From NCBI GenBank assembly GCA_030603275.1, contig JAUVYB010000007.1, positions 2,264 through 66,263 on the forward strand: a stretch of 64,000 nt of DNA. Direction: 5' to 3'. Positions 17,663-27,394 of the stretch are shown here, one piece after another. Made by a program: the position numbers and the translations under genes. Source of the DNA: Deltaproteobacteria bacterium. Lineage in GTDB: Bacteria; Chloroflexota; Dehalococcoidia; Dehalococcoidales; BS750m-G39. The stretch's first letter is position 1. Each line of letters starts with the position of its first letter. The notes beneath the pieces are model-generated. The model was not told the DNA's origin. It worked only from the letters and a program-made list of their open reading frames with translations, and did not search any database.

Positions 17663-18853
17663 ATGCTAAACAACAAAAATATTATATTGGGTATTACCGG
17701 AAGCATAGCCGCCTATAAAGCGGCCGATATCGCCAGCAAGCTGACTCAGGCCGGGGCCAAGGTTGATGTGGTTATGACCGAGCCGGCGACCAAATTTATC
17801 ACGCCCCTCACCCTGCGCGGCATTACCGGGCGGGCGGTGGTAGCCGACATGTTTGACCCCGCCTCTCAGCACAGCATTGAGCATATCGCCCTGGTGGAGG
17901 CGGCTGATGTGATGGTTATCGCCCCGGCTACCGCCTCTATTATTGCCAAGATGGCCGTCGGCATCGCTGACGATATGGTTAGCTTAACCGTGCTGGCGAC
18001 CAGAGCCCCGGTTATGGTGGCTCCGGCGATGGATGTCGACATGTTTGCCAACCCCGTCACCCGGGAGAACCTGGCCAGGCTTAAAGCCAGGGGTTTTATT
18101 ATTGTTGACCCTGGTTACGGCCGGATGGCTTCGGGCAAGGTGGGGTGGGGGCGCCTGGCTGATGTGGACAAAATTATGGCCGCCATAGAGGGGGTAGTGG
18201 GCGGCAGCGCTGACCTGGCCGGTAAGCGCCTGGTGGTTACCGCCGGCGGCACCCGGGAGTACATTGACCCGGTGCGCTATATCGGCAACCCCTCTTCGGG
18301 GAAGATGGGCTACGCCCTGGCCGAAGCCGCCCGCGACAGGGGGGCTAAGGTTACCCTGATTACCGCCTCCTCGCTTCCTGAGCCGGAAGGGGTAACGGTT
18401 GTCCCGGTTGAGACCGCCGCACAGATGAAGCAGGCGGTGACCAAGGCGGTGGCTAAAGCCGACGCCCTGCTCATGGCGGCGGCGGTGGCCGACTACCAGT
18501 CCAGGACCGTGGCCAGGTCCAAGATTAAGAAAGACAGCCCCGGCCTGACCCTGGAGCTGGTGAGGACGCCGGACATACTGGGGGAGGTGAGGGGTAAATT
18601 TTTAAGGGTTGGCTTTGCCGCCGAGAGCGATAATATAATCACCAACGCTAAAAAGAAGCTGGCCAAGAAAAAGCTCGACCTCATCGTGGCCAATGATATT
18701 ACCGACAAGAAAAGTGGCTTTGGCGTTGATACCAATAAAGTGACCCTGCTAGCTAAAAAGGGCAAAGCCGAAAGCCTGCCCCTGATGAGCAAGCGGGAGG
18801 TAGCCGATAAGATACTGGACCGGGTGGTGGGGATGCTGGGGAAGAAGAAGTAA
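17663..18853 (+). CDS. coaBC: Bifunctional phosphopantothenoylcysteine decarboxylase / phosphopantothenate-cysteine ligase
   Basis: 396 aa. Flavoprotein N-terminal domain (ILGITGSIAAYK) plus DFP C-terminal domain. Confidence 0.9.
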   Translation: MLNNKNIILGITGSIAAYKAADIASKLTQAGAKVDVVMTEPATKFITPLTLRGITGRAVVADMFDPASQHSIEHIALVEAADVMVIAPATASIIAKMAVGIADDMVSLTVLATRAPVMVAPAMDVDMFANPVTRENLARLKARGFIIVDPGYGRMASGKVGWGRLADVDKIMAAIEGVVGGSADLAGKRLVVTAGGTREYIDPVRYIGNPSSGKMGYALAEAARDRGAKVTLITASSLPEPEGVTVVPVETAAQMKQAVTKAVAKADALLMAAAVADYQSRTVARSKIKKDSPGLTLELVRTPDILGEVRGKFLRVGFAAESDNIITNAKKKLAKKKLDLIVANDITDKKSGFGVDTNKVTLLAKKGKAESLPLMSKREVADKILDRVVGMLGKKK

Positions 18854-18857
18854 AAGG

Positions 18858-19349
18858 GTGAAGAAGCCTCAAAATAACTACGCCTTTATTGACGGTAATA
18901 ACCTGCACTTGTCAGTGATAAACATCGGTTGGAAATTGGACTACAAGAAATTCAGGCAGTATTTAATAGATAAGTACCTTGTTGTTCAAGCCTACTACTT
19001 CATTGGTAAAGTCCCGGGAATGGGCCAATTATACTCAGATTTACAGAGGTACGGCTTTAACTTGATATTCAAACCCCCGATTAAAGACAAGCATGGTAGC
19101 TATAAAGCTAATGTCGACGCTGAGTTGGTTCTACAGGCAATGATAGACTTAAACAACTATAATGGGGCGGTTATCGTAACCAGCGACGGAGATTTTAGCT
19201 GTTTAGTTGCATACCTGGAGAAAGCGGGCAAGTTAGAACGCCTGTTAGCAGCCAGTAAAGGCGGATGTTCAAGATACTTGAGAATAGCGGCGGGGAGTAA
19301 AGTTGATTATATGGATAATTTGAAATCTAAACTTGAATATAAAAAGTGA
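18858..19349 (+). CDS. NYN-domain (LabA/DUF88-like, PIN-related) protein
   Basis: 163 aa with a GTG start 4 nt after the coaBC stop. NYAFIDGNNLH...DAELV...VTSDGDFSCLV acidic residues of the NYN fold. Visibly AT-rich compared with its neighbours. Confidence 0.7.
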   Translation: MKKPQNNYAFIDGNNLHLSVINIGWKLDYKKFRQYLIDKYLVVQAYYFIGKVPGMGQLYSDLQRYGFNLIFKPPIKDKHGSYKANVDAELVLQAMIDLNNYNGAVIVTSDGDFSCLVAYLEKAGKLERLLAASKGGCSRYLRIAAGSKVDYMDNLKSKLEYKK

Positions 19350-19440
19350 AAAGCACCCCATAAGGACTAACCCTTATAGCGTGCTTCCCGAAATGATTCT
19401 TATTTAGGATAGCAAATTTAGCTGATTTTGTCAATAGCCG

Positions 19441-19562
19441 GTTGGCGGGGGCTGGGGGAAAGCGTAAGCGGGGGGAGTTTGAGGGGGCGAAGCCCCCTCT
19501 TTTAAAAAAACCTCCTCCCCCTCTCCTAGTAAGGAGAGGGGGATACAGGGGGTGAGGTTGCT
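19441..19562 (+). repeat. Mosaic hairpin repeat locus R5 (B-C modules)
   Basis: Module B: GAGGGGGC-gaa-GCCCCCTC plus ttttaaaaaaa. Module C: CCCCCTCTCC-tagtaa-GGAGAGGGGG plus atacagggggtgaggttg. Confidence 0.85.
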
Positions 19563-19585
19563 AGGAAGTTTCTAGAAAGGTAATC

Positions 19586-22249
19586 ATGGCAGAAGCACCA
19601 AAAGATGAAATGCCCAAAGCCTACGAGGCGGGCAAGGTTGAGCAGAAGTGGTACAAGTTCTGGCTGGATAAAGGCTATTTTACCCCCAGGATAGACCCCA
19701 AGAAGAAACCCTTTGTCGTCATTATGCCCCTGCCCAATGTTACCGGCGGGCTTCACATGGGGCACGTCTGTTTTCTCACCCCGGAAGATATCATGGCCCG
19801 CTGGCACCGGATGAAAGGCGACCCAACACTGTGGCTGCCGGGAATCGACCACGCCGGCATTGCCGCCCAGGTGGTGGTGGAGAAGATGCTGGCTAATGAG
19901 GGAACCAACCGCCATGAGCTGGGCCGGGAGAAATTCCTGGAGAGAATGTACCGCTGGGCGGAAGAGTGCCGCAAAACGATTACCGTGCAGGAGCAGAGGG
20001 TGGGGTCATCCTGCGACTGGAGCCGGGAACGTTTTACCCTGGGGGAGGGGCCGAGCCGGGCGGTGCGCACCGCCTTCGTCCGCCTTTATGAAAAAGGTCT
20101 AATCTACCGGGGGGAGCGGATTATCAACTGGTGCCCCCGCTGTGCTACCGCCCTATCCGACCTGGAGACCGACCACAAGGATATACAGGGCAACCTGTAC
20201 TATGTCCGTTATCCCCTGGAGGGGAGCAAAGAGTTCATCACCGTGGCCACCACCCGCCCTGAAACGATACTGGGTGATACCGCCGTCGCTGTTAATCCTG
20301 AGGACAAGCGGTACAGGGGTATGGTAGGCAAAAAGGCCATTCTGCCTGCGGTGAAGCGGGCGGTGCCTATTATCGCCGATGAGGCCGTCGACCCTGAATT
20401 CGGCACCGGGGCGGTAAAGATTACCCCCGCCCACGACCCGGTGGACTTTGAGATGGCCCAGCGCCACGACCTGCCCCTGGTCAATATACTGAACCTGGAT
20501 GTGACCATGAACGAGAACGCCGGGCCCTATGCCGGGCTTGACCGTTTTGAGTGCCGCCAGGCGATACTGGCCGACCTGGAAAGGGACGGGCAGCTGGTCA
20601 AGATTGAGCCCTATGGTCACTCGGTGGGGCACTGCATGCGCTGCCAGACGGTTATCGAGCCGATAGCCAGCCAGCAGTGGTTTATTAATACCAGGCCTTT
20701 AGCCGAACCGGCCATCGAGGCGGTGCAGGCTAAGCGCATTAATATTATCCCGGAACGGTTTACCAAGGTCTACCTTAACTGGATGGAGAACATCCGTGAC
20801 TGGTGTATCAGCCGCCAGCTGTGGTGGGGGCATAGAATACCGGTGTGGTACTGCCGTGACTGCGGAGAAGTGACCGTGGCTGTTGATGAGCCCAAAGCCT
20901 GCGGCCAGTGCGGCTCGGCTAATATAGAGCAGGACCCCGATGTCCTGGATACCTGGTTTTCGTCAGCGCTGTGGCCCCACTCCACCCTGGGCTGGCCCGG
21001 TGATACCGAGGACCTCGGCTATTTCTACCCCACCACCGTGATGGAGACCGGCTATGACATCATCTTCTTCTGGGTGGCCAGGATGATTATGATGGGTCTG
21101 GAGGATACCGGCGATATCCCCTTCAGCACCGTTTACCTCCACGGGCTGCTGCGGGACGAAAAGGGGGAGAAGATGAGCAAGGTCAGGGGTAACGTACTCG
21201 ACCCCCTTGACATCATGGATAAATACGGCACCGATGCCCTGCGCTTTGCCCTGATCACTGATGTATCGCCGGGAAGCGATATCAACCTGACCGCATCCAG
21301 GTTGGAAGCAGGCCGTAACTTTGCCAACAAGCTGTGGAATGCCACCCGCTTCGTGGTCAGGAGTTTAAAGCCGGGCGCCGACATAGAAGTTAAGCGGGAC
21401 AGGCTTACCGTGGAAGACCGCTGGATTCTGAGCCGCCTGAGCGGCACCATAGCCAGCGTGAACAGGTTGATGGATAACTTCCAGTTCGGCGAAGCCCTGA
21501 GGCAGCTCCACGATTTCCTCTGGGGCGAGTTCTGCGACTGGTATATCGAGTTTGCCAAGATTCGCCTCGGTTCCGGGGAAAAGCCGTCCCCACTGCCGGT
21601 GCTGGTTCACGTGCTGGAGACCTCGCTGCGGCTGCTGCACCCCTTTATGCCCTTCGTCACCGAGGAGCTGTGGCAGAACCTGAAACAACGCCTGCCCGCC
21701 GGTTGGGTGGAGACCGAGTCCATAATGGTAGCCGCCTACCCCGCCGCCGATAAAAAAGCCGTTGACCCGCAGGCGGAGCGGGTGATGGAGGCCATAATCG
21801 AGGTAATACACGCCATCCGCAACGCCCGTGCCGAACATAAGGTGGAGAGCGGGCGGTGGGTTGAGGCGCAGGTCTATGCCGGTGAGCTTAAATCAGCCAT
21901 TGCCCCCTATGCACAGACTATCCAGAGACTGGCTAAGGCAAGGCCGGTTAGCTTCTTTGAGAGCCGGGAAGAGATGCCGCCGGGTGATAATGTCCTGGCT
22001 CTGGTTCTGAAAAGTTCCGAGGTCATCATCCCTATGGAGAGCATGGTTGACCCGGAGGCGGAGCGGCGGCGGCTGGGGCAGGAGATAGCCCAGACCGGGG
22101 CCGAGGTGGCCCGGCTTGAGGCCAGACTCGAGGATAAAGCCTTTCTGACCAAGGCACCGCCTGCGGTGGTGGCTAAAGAGAGGGATAACCTCAGCGTGAG
22201 AAAGGACAGGCTGGAGAGGCTGCAGCAAAGGCTTGGTGAGCTTAATTAA
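19586..22249 (+). CDS. valS: Valine--tRNA ligase
   Basis: 887 aa. HMGH (HIGH-type) and KMSKV (KMSKS) motifs and a C-terminal coiled coil. Confidence 0.95.
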   Translation: MAEAPKDEMPKAYEAGKVEQKWYKFWLDKGYFTPRIDPKKKPFVVIMPLPNVTGGLHMGHVCFLTPEDIMARWHRMKGDPTLWLPGIDHAGIAAQVVVEKMLANEGTNRHELGREKFLERMYRWAEECRKTITVQEQRVGSSCDWSRERFTLGEGPSRAVRTAFVRLYEKGLIYRGERIINWCPRCATALSDLETDHKDIQGNLYYVRYPLEGSKEFITVATTRPETILGDTAVAVNPEDKRYRGMVGKKAILPAVKRAVPIIADEAVDPEFGTGAVKITPAHDPVDFEMAQRHDLPLVNILNLDVTMNENAGPYAGLDRFECRQAILADLERDGQLVKIEPYGHSVGHCMRCQTVIEPIASQQWFINTRPLAEPAIEAVQAKRINIIPERFTKVYLNWMENIRDWCISRQLWWGHRIPVWYCRDCGEVTVAVDEPKACGQCGSANIEQDPDVLDTWFSSALWPHSTLGWPGDTEDLGYFYPTTVMETGYDIIFFWVARMIMMGLEDTGDIPFSTVYLHGLLRDEKGEKMSKVRGNVLDPLDIMDKYGTDALRFALITDVSPGSDINLTASRLEAGRNFANKLWNATRFVVRSLKPGADIEVKRDRLTVEDRWILSRLSGTIASVNRLMDNFQFGEALRQLHDFLWGEFCDWYIEFAKIRLGSGEKPSPLPVLVHVLETSLRLLHPFMPFVTEELWQNLKQRLPAGWVETESIMVAAYPAADKKAVDPQAERVMEAIIEVIHAIRNARAEHKVESGRWVEAQVYAGELKSAIAPYAQTIQRLAKARPVSFFESREEMPPGDNVLALVLKSSEVIIPMESMVDPEAERRRLGQEIAQTGAEVARLEARLEDKAFLTKAPPAVVAKERDNLSVRKDRLERLQQRLGELN

Positions 22250-22260
22250 ATTGAGCTTAA

Positions 22261-22986
22261 CTAAAGCTCAAGCTCGGCAGCTGCCAGTCCCCGGTGGGAA
22301 CCGTTAGCCCCTAAACGCTCCAGCGCCTTCCTGGTATCGCTGGCAATCCTGGCCCTGTCACAGTTTTTGAGCCGGTACTTGAACAGCCAGTAGCTGAACT
22401 CTTTTAATTCGGTCAGGCTGATGGACCTGAGCCGGGGGTAACCCTTCTCCCGCCGGAAGCCCTTGAGCAGTTCCGGTCCGGTTGCCCCGTATATCCGCTG
22501 GTAGACCTCGTCGGTGAGATTGTGCTCTTTTTTATAGCCTGAGGTGCGCTTTTCCTTGCGCACCTCTTCCTGCACCGCCAGAACCAGGGCTTCCTCCACG
22601 GTGACGCCGTAAAAGTAGTTGAGATACTGGCGGTACTTGGTGCTGCCGATGAGCGCCTTGAATTTACTATTGCTCAGCTTTAGCGGCGGCTGGCCGTGGA
22701 AGAGGAGGGCGATTTTTTCCTCCTCGGGCAGGAGGTCATCCACCGCCTGGCACAGCCGTTCCGCCAGCAGCAGCCAGTCAAAGGCTTCGCCGTCAATAAG
22801 GTACCGGTAGCGGCGGCCGTTACAGGTTTCCTCGCCGTCAGTCCACAGCCCGATAGCCTCGAGCAGGGCGATATACCAGTGCTTGCCGCTTGAGATAGCC
22901 TGCTCCAGGTGTTTTATCGCCTGGGCATTGTTGATTGAGGTTGCTTGAGCCGGTACTGATTGATTGGGCGCTTCCTGGTTGTTCAT
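22261..22986 (-). CDS. Hypothetical protein (241 aa)
   Basis: Long ORF with host-like composition, last gene of the secA-orf93-orf241 string. I recognise no motif. Confidence 0.55.
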   Translation of the reverse strand: MNNQEAPNQSVPAQATSINNAQAIKHLEQAISSGKHWYIALLEAIGLWTDGEETCNGRRYRYLIDGEAFDWLLLAERLCQAVDDLLPEEEKIALLFHGQPPLKLSNSKFKALIGSTKYRQYLNYFYGVTVEEALVLAVQEEVRKEKRTSGYKKEHNLTDEVYQRIYGATGPELLKGFRREKGYPRLRSISLTELKEFSYWLFKYRLKNCDRARIASDTRKALERLGANGSHRGLAAAELEL

Positions 22987-23004
22987 GGGGTTTGGTTCCG
23001 TCCG

Positions 23005-23286
23005 TCAGCTACCCGGTAAAAAGACGTTTACCCCTTTACCGCCTTTGGCATAGACCTGCCAGGTTATTTTCTCCTGGGCGCCTGCCCTGGCGATGTTCTG
23101 CACCAGGCGGATATCAGCCTCAGTCAAGCCGAATTTCCGCTTGAGTTCTTCTACTCTAGCCCTGGCCTGCCGTTCGTTGCCAAAGGCGCTTTCCAGCCCA
23201 AAACCGTCTTTCTGGTAGCGCTGCCGGAGGGCAACCTCCTGGGCAAGGCCAAAAGTTACGTCTTCAACCAGCCTTCGTTTCCACAT
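23005..23286 (-). CDS. Hypothetical protein (93 aa)
   Basis: Its ATG lies 3 nt after the secA stop. I recognise no motif. Confidence 0.5.
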   Translation of the reverse strand: MWKRRLVEDVTFGLAQEVALRQRYQKDGFGLESAFGNERQARARVEELKRKFGLTEADIRLVQNIARAGAQEKITWQVYAKGGKGVNVFLPGS

Positions 23287-23289
23287 TGC

Positions 23290-25920
23290 TCACCTTCCAC
23301 AGCAGTGTTTGTATTTTTTGCCTGAGCCGCAGGGGCAGGGGTCGTTTCTGCCTACTTTCTTGCCGCCGACCTTCATTCTCTGCTTCTGGCCGTTGCCCCC
23401 GGCCTGAACCGGCGCGGGTGATTTCTGGGGGGCTTCCCGCCGGGCAATGCCGACATGATATATGCTGTGAACCACGTCGTGCTGGATGGTCGAAAGCAGG
23501 TTCTGGAACAGGTTGTGTCCCTCCCTCTTGTAGGCGACCAGCGGGTCTCGCTGCCCGGCCGCCTGCAGCCCTATTCCCTGGCGCATGTGCTCCATCATCG
23601 TCAGGTGCTCTACCCAGAGCATGTCTATGATGCGCAGCATTACCAGCCTCTCCACCGCCCTCATGTTCTCCGGGCCAATCTCCTTCTCTTTTTCCTCGTA
23701 GAGCATATTTGACAGCTCAATTAGCTTTTCCTCAATTTGCTTTGGCTTCATCCGGGAGATGGCTTCGGCGTTAAATGTTGGGGGGATGGGGAAGATGGCC
23801 GATGCCTTGCTGAGCAGGCCGTCCGCGTCCCAGCCCTCGCCGTGCTCGTCGGCGGTGTGAGCGGCCACTATATTCTTAGTCTCATCTTCGACCAGGGACA
23901 GGATATTGGATTTAAGGTCGGCGCCGGCTATTATCTTTCGGCGCTCGCCGTAGATGAGCTCCCGGTGCCGGTTGGCTACATCGTCGTATTCCACCAGGTG
24001 CTTGCGGATATCAAAGTTGTAGCCCTCTACCCTTACCTGGGCGCCTTCTATGGATTTGTTCACCAGTGCGTTCTCCACGGGGGTGTCCTCGTCCATGCCC
24101 GCCCACTCCATAAAACTCTTAATCCGGTCGCCGCCGAAGCGGCGGACGATTTCGTCTTCTAAAGAAACATAGAAGCGGGAGCTGCCCGGGTCACCCTGCC
24201 GGCCGGCCCGCCCCCGGAGCTGGTTGTCAATCCGTCTGGACTCGTGTCGGTCGGTGCCGATAATATGGAGCCCGCCAAGCTCAACCACTTTTTCGTGCTC
24301 TTTCTGCCAGTTTTCGGCCTCCCCGTCCCCGGGGTTCCCCCCCAGTATGATGTCAACGCCGCGCCCGGCCATGTTGGTGGCCACGGTTACCGCTCCCGGC
24401 TTACCGGCCTGGGCAATAATTTCTCCTTCTTTCGTATGCTGCTTGGCGTTGAGTATCTCGTGGGGGATGCCCTTCTTCTTGAGCAGGTCGCTCAAATATT
24501 CCGAGTTATTAATAGATACCGTGCCCACCAGCACCGGCTGCCCCTCTTTATGCATCTGCTCAATCTCACGCACCACCGCCTTGAATTTAGATTTTACGTC
24601 TTTGTAAATCTGGTCGGGGAAGTCCTGGCGTATCATTGGCTTATGGGTGGGGATGACCACCACCTCAAGCTTATATATTTTGTGAAGCTCCTCGGCCTCG
24701 GTGAGGGCGGTGCCGGTCATGCCCGCCAGCTTACCGTACATGCGGAAGTAGTTCTGGATGGTAACGGTGGCGTAGGTGCGGCTTTCCTGCTGGACCCTGA
24801 CCCGCTCCTTGGCCTCTATCGCCTGGTGCAGGCCTTCCGAGTAGCGCCTTCCGTGCATCAGCCGGCCGGTGAACTCGTCAACGATGATGACCTGCCCTTC
24901 CTTGACCACATATTCCCGGTCGCGCCGGTATATCTCCCTGGCGGTCAGTGCGTTTTGCAGGTAGCGGTGCAGGTCGGCGTTGGCCGGGTCATAGAGGTCG
25001 GGCGCCTTTAGCTGCCCTTCCCGCTTTAGCATCCGTTCCATATTGGTCATGCCGGAGTCGGTCAGGCTGACGGTACGACTCTTCTCATCAACGGTGTAGT
25101 CCGCTTCTTTCTTAAGGCTGGGGACGAGGCGGGCGAATAGCTGGTACCTCTGTCCCGCCTCCACATCGGGGGCGCTGATGATGAGCGGGGTGCGGGCTTC
25201 ATCGATAAGGAGGTAGTCTACCTCATCGGCGATGGCATAGTTTACGGGACGCTGGACGCACTGGGACAGCTCGGTGACCATGTTGTCCCGCAGGTAGTCA
25301 AAGCCGAACTCGGCGCTGGTGCCGTAGGTGATATCAGCCTGGTAGGCCTCTTTGCGGGGGATTGGGCGGAAGTGGGGCCAGCGGCTGTCTCCGGAATCAA
25401 ATTCGGGGTCGTAAATGAGGGCGGGGGTATGCTCATCGGGGGACTGCATGGGGTAGATGCTGGCCACGCTTAAGCCCAGGGCGTGATAGACAGGCCCCAT
25501 CCAGTAGGGGTCCCGCCTGGCCAGGTAGTCGTTGACGGTGACCAGGTGAACGCCTTTGCCGCTAAGGGCGTTTAGATAAAGGGGCAGGGTGGCCACCAGG
25601 GTCTTGCCCTCGCCGGTTTTCATCTCGGCTATTTTGCCCTGGTGAAGGACGATGCCGCCTATGAGCTGGACATCAAAGTGGCGCTGGCCGATGGTGCGTT
25701 TAGCGGCCTCGCGGACGGCGGCAAAAGCTTCGGGCAGGAGCTCATCCGGGGAGCTGCCGCTTTCTAGCCTTGCCTTAAACTCGCCGGTCTTGGCACCAAG
25801 CTCGCTGTCACTGAGCTTGGTAAATTCAGGCTCAAGCTGGTTTATGGTATCTACCAGAGGTTGTAGCCGCTTGAGTTCCTTTTCGTTGGAATCAACCAGT
25901 CCGCCCAGCCACTTAAACAT
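23290..25920 (-). CDS. secA: Preprotein translocase ATPase SecA
   Basis: 876 aa. MKTGEGKTL Walker A, DEVDYLLIDEARTPLIIS, and C-terminal zinc motif CPCGSGKKYKHCCG. Confidence 0.97.
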   Translation of the reverse strand: MFKWLGGLVDSNEKELKRLQPLVDTINQLEPEFTKLSDSELGAKTGEFKARLESGSSPDELLPEAFAAVREAAKRTIGQRHFDVQLIGGIVLHQGKIAEMKTGEGKTLVATLPLYLNALSGKGVHLVTVNDYLARRDPYWMGPVYHALGLSVASIYPMQSPDEHTPALIYDPEFDSGDSRWPHFRPIPRKEAYQADITYGTSAEFGFDYLRDNMVTELSQCVQRPVNYAIADEVDYLLIDEARTPLIISAPDVEAGQRYQLFARLVPSLKKEADYTVDEKSRTVSLTDSGMTNMERMLKREGQLKAPDLYDPANADLHRYLQNALTAREIYRRDREYVVKEGQVIIVDEFTGRLMHGRRYSEGLHQAIEAKERVRVQQESRTYATVTIQNYFRMYGKLAGMTGTALTEAEELHKIYKLEVVVIPTHKPMIRQDFPDQIYKDVKSKFKAVVREIEQMHKEGQPVLVGTVSINNSEYLSDLLKKKGIPHEILNAKQHTKEGEIIAQAGKPGAVTVATNMAGRGVDIILGGNPGDGEAENWQKEHEKVVELGGLHIIGTDRHESRRIDNQLRGRAGRQGDPGSSRFYVSLEDEIVRRFGGDRIKSFMEWAGMDEDTPVENALVNKSIEGAQVRVEGYNFDIRKHLVEYDDVANRHRELIYGERRKIIAGADLKSNILSLVEDETKNIVAAHTADEHGEGWDADGLLSKASAIFPIPPTFNAEAISRMKPKQIEEKLIELSNMLYEEKEKEIGPENMRAVERLVMLRIIDMLWVEHLTMMEHMRQGIGLQAAGQRDPLVAYKREGHNLFQNLLSTIQHDVVHSIYHVGIARREAPQKSPAPVQAGGNGQKQRMKVGGKKVGRNDPCPCGSGKKYKHCCGR

Positions 25921-25923
25921 CGC

Positions 25924-26868
25924 TCATCCCTGTTCGAACATAGCCCCAATAGATAGTCCGGTGTGGATGCGGTGGATGGCCTCACCCAGCAGGGGGGCTA
26001 TGGGTAAAACGGTAATCTTATCCAGTTTCTTGTCACCGGCCACCGGAACGGTGTCAGTAACCACTACCTCCTTGACAGGGCAGGAGCCTATCCTCTGGAT
26101 AGCTTTACCGGAGAGTATCGGGTGGGTGCAGCAGGCGAATATCTCCTTGACCCCCCGCTTCTCCAGAGCCGAGACCACGCCTACCAGAGAGCCGGCGGTG
26201 TCTATCTCGTCGTCTACGGTAAGCGCTACCTTGCTCCCCACCTCACCGATAATATTCAGTGTCTCCGTCTGGTCATCATTGCCCACCCGCCTCTTTTCCA
26301 CAATAACCAGGGGGGCATTAAGCTTGGCGGCTACATCCCGCGCCCGCTTGGTAATACCGATATCGGTAGCAACCACCACCAGCTCTTTAAAGTCTTTTTC
26401 TTTAAAATAGTCACTGAGCAGGTAAAGAGCCGTCAGTTCATCAACCGGTATGTTAAAGAAGCCCTGAATCTGGGCGGCGTGTAAGTCAACCGTCAGCAAC
26501 CGGCCGGCGCCGGCCACACTGAGCAGGTCGGCAATCAGGCGGGCGGTTATCGGTACCCGCGGCTGGTCTTTCTTATCGGTGCGGCCATAACCGTAATAGG
26601 GAATAACGGCGGTGATACGCCCCGCCGAAGCTCTCTTCAGGGCATCAATCATAATCAGCAACTCGACCAGGTTCCTGTTCACCGGTGAGCACAGGGGCTG
26701 GATAACAAAGGTGTCCCTCTGGCGCACGTTCTCCAGGATGCGGACAAAGATATTCTCGTTGCTGAATTCAAAGACCTCACACCTGCCCAGCGGTATGCCC
26801 AGATAGTCGACTACCTCTTGGGCCAGGGTGGGGTGGGCGTTACCGGTGAATACCTTCAGCTCATCCAT
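25924..26868 (-). CDS. prs: Ribose-phosphate pyrophosphokinase
   Basis: 314 aa. DLHAAQIQGFF and the PRPP-binding VDDEIDTAGS motif. Confidence 0.93.
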   Translation of the reverse strand: MDELKVFTGNAHPTLAQEVVDYLGIPLGRCEVFEFSNENIFVRILENVRQRDTFVIQPLCSPVNRNLVELLIMIDALKRASAGRITAVIPYYGYGRTDKKDQPRVPITARLIADLLSVAGAGRLLTVDLHAAQIQGFFNIPVDELTALYLLSDYFKEKDFKELVVVATDIGITKRARDVAAKLNAPLVIVEKRRVGNDDQTETLNIIGEVGSKVALTVDDEIDTAGSLVGVVSALEKRGVKEIFACCTHPILSGKAIQRIGSCPVKEVVVTDTVPVAGDKKLDKITVLPIAPLLGEAIHRIHTGLSIGAMFEQG

Positions 26869-26894
26869 AGGCTATTACCTCTCTTTGCGTAATA

Positions 26895-27236
26895 TCAATA
26901 AGCTATAAGGGCTTCCAGCAGGGAGACTTTTTTGTATTGCGTTACCGGTCTTTCCTGCCATACCTGAGTCTGTCCGGCGGCATCACTATACAGGGTGACT
27001 TCCCGGTACTTGGTGACCGTCTTCCAATATGTTTTGTGGTCTATGGTATACGGTACTTGGACGGTATACGGTATTCGTTCGGTGTACGGTTCAGAGGTGT
27101 AGTAGGTCTCCGAGGCCTGGTATTGTTCCGTAGTCTCGTAGGCTACCTCTTTGAGGGGCAAGACACAGAAAACGATGACCAGCACCAGTACTGCTGCCCC
27201 TATTCCTATAGCTAGTTTCGTCCCCATTTTAATCAC
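26895..27236 (-). CDS. Small membrane-anchored hypothetical protein (Y/T-rich ectodomain)
   Basis: 113 aa with an N-terminal TM helix. SD GGGAGGTGA and a TGcTATAAT extended -10 (27278-27270) lie upstream. Confidence 0.6.
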   Translation of the reverse strand: MIKMGTKLAIGIGAAVLVLVIVFCVLPLKEVAYETTEQYQASETYYTSEPYTERIPYTVQVPYTIDHKTYWKTVTKYREVTLYSDAAGQTQVWQERPVTQYKKVSLLEALIAY

Positions 27237-27290
27237 CTCCCTTGAGGATAGATTGGACTTGTATTATTAATTATAGCACTATTGTTGACC

Positions 27291-27390
27291 AACCTCACTC
27301 CCCCTTCCTTTTCAAGGAGAGGGGGATAAAGCGGGTTCCCTGAAAAATCAAAGATTTTTTAGGGTGCATAAAGGGGGTGAGGTTAATAAA
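27291..27390. repeat. Mosaic hairpin repeat locus R6 (module C variant with terminal inverted repeat)
   Basis: aacctcactccccc (27291-27304) is the near reverse complement of gggggtgaggtt (27373-27384). Internal hairpins: CCCCCTTCC-ttttca-AGGAGAGGGGG and CCCTGAAAAATC-aaa-GATTTTTTAGGG. Confidence 0.8.
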
Positions 27391-27394
27391 CTAA

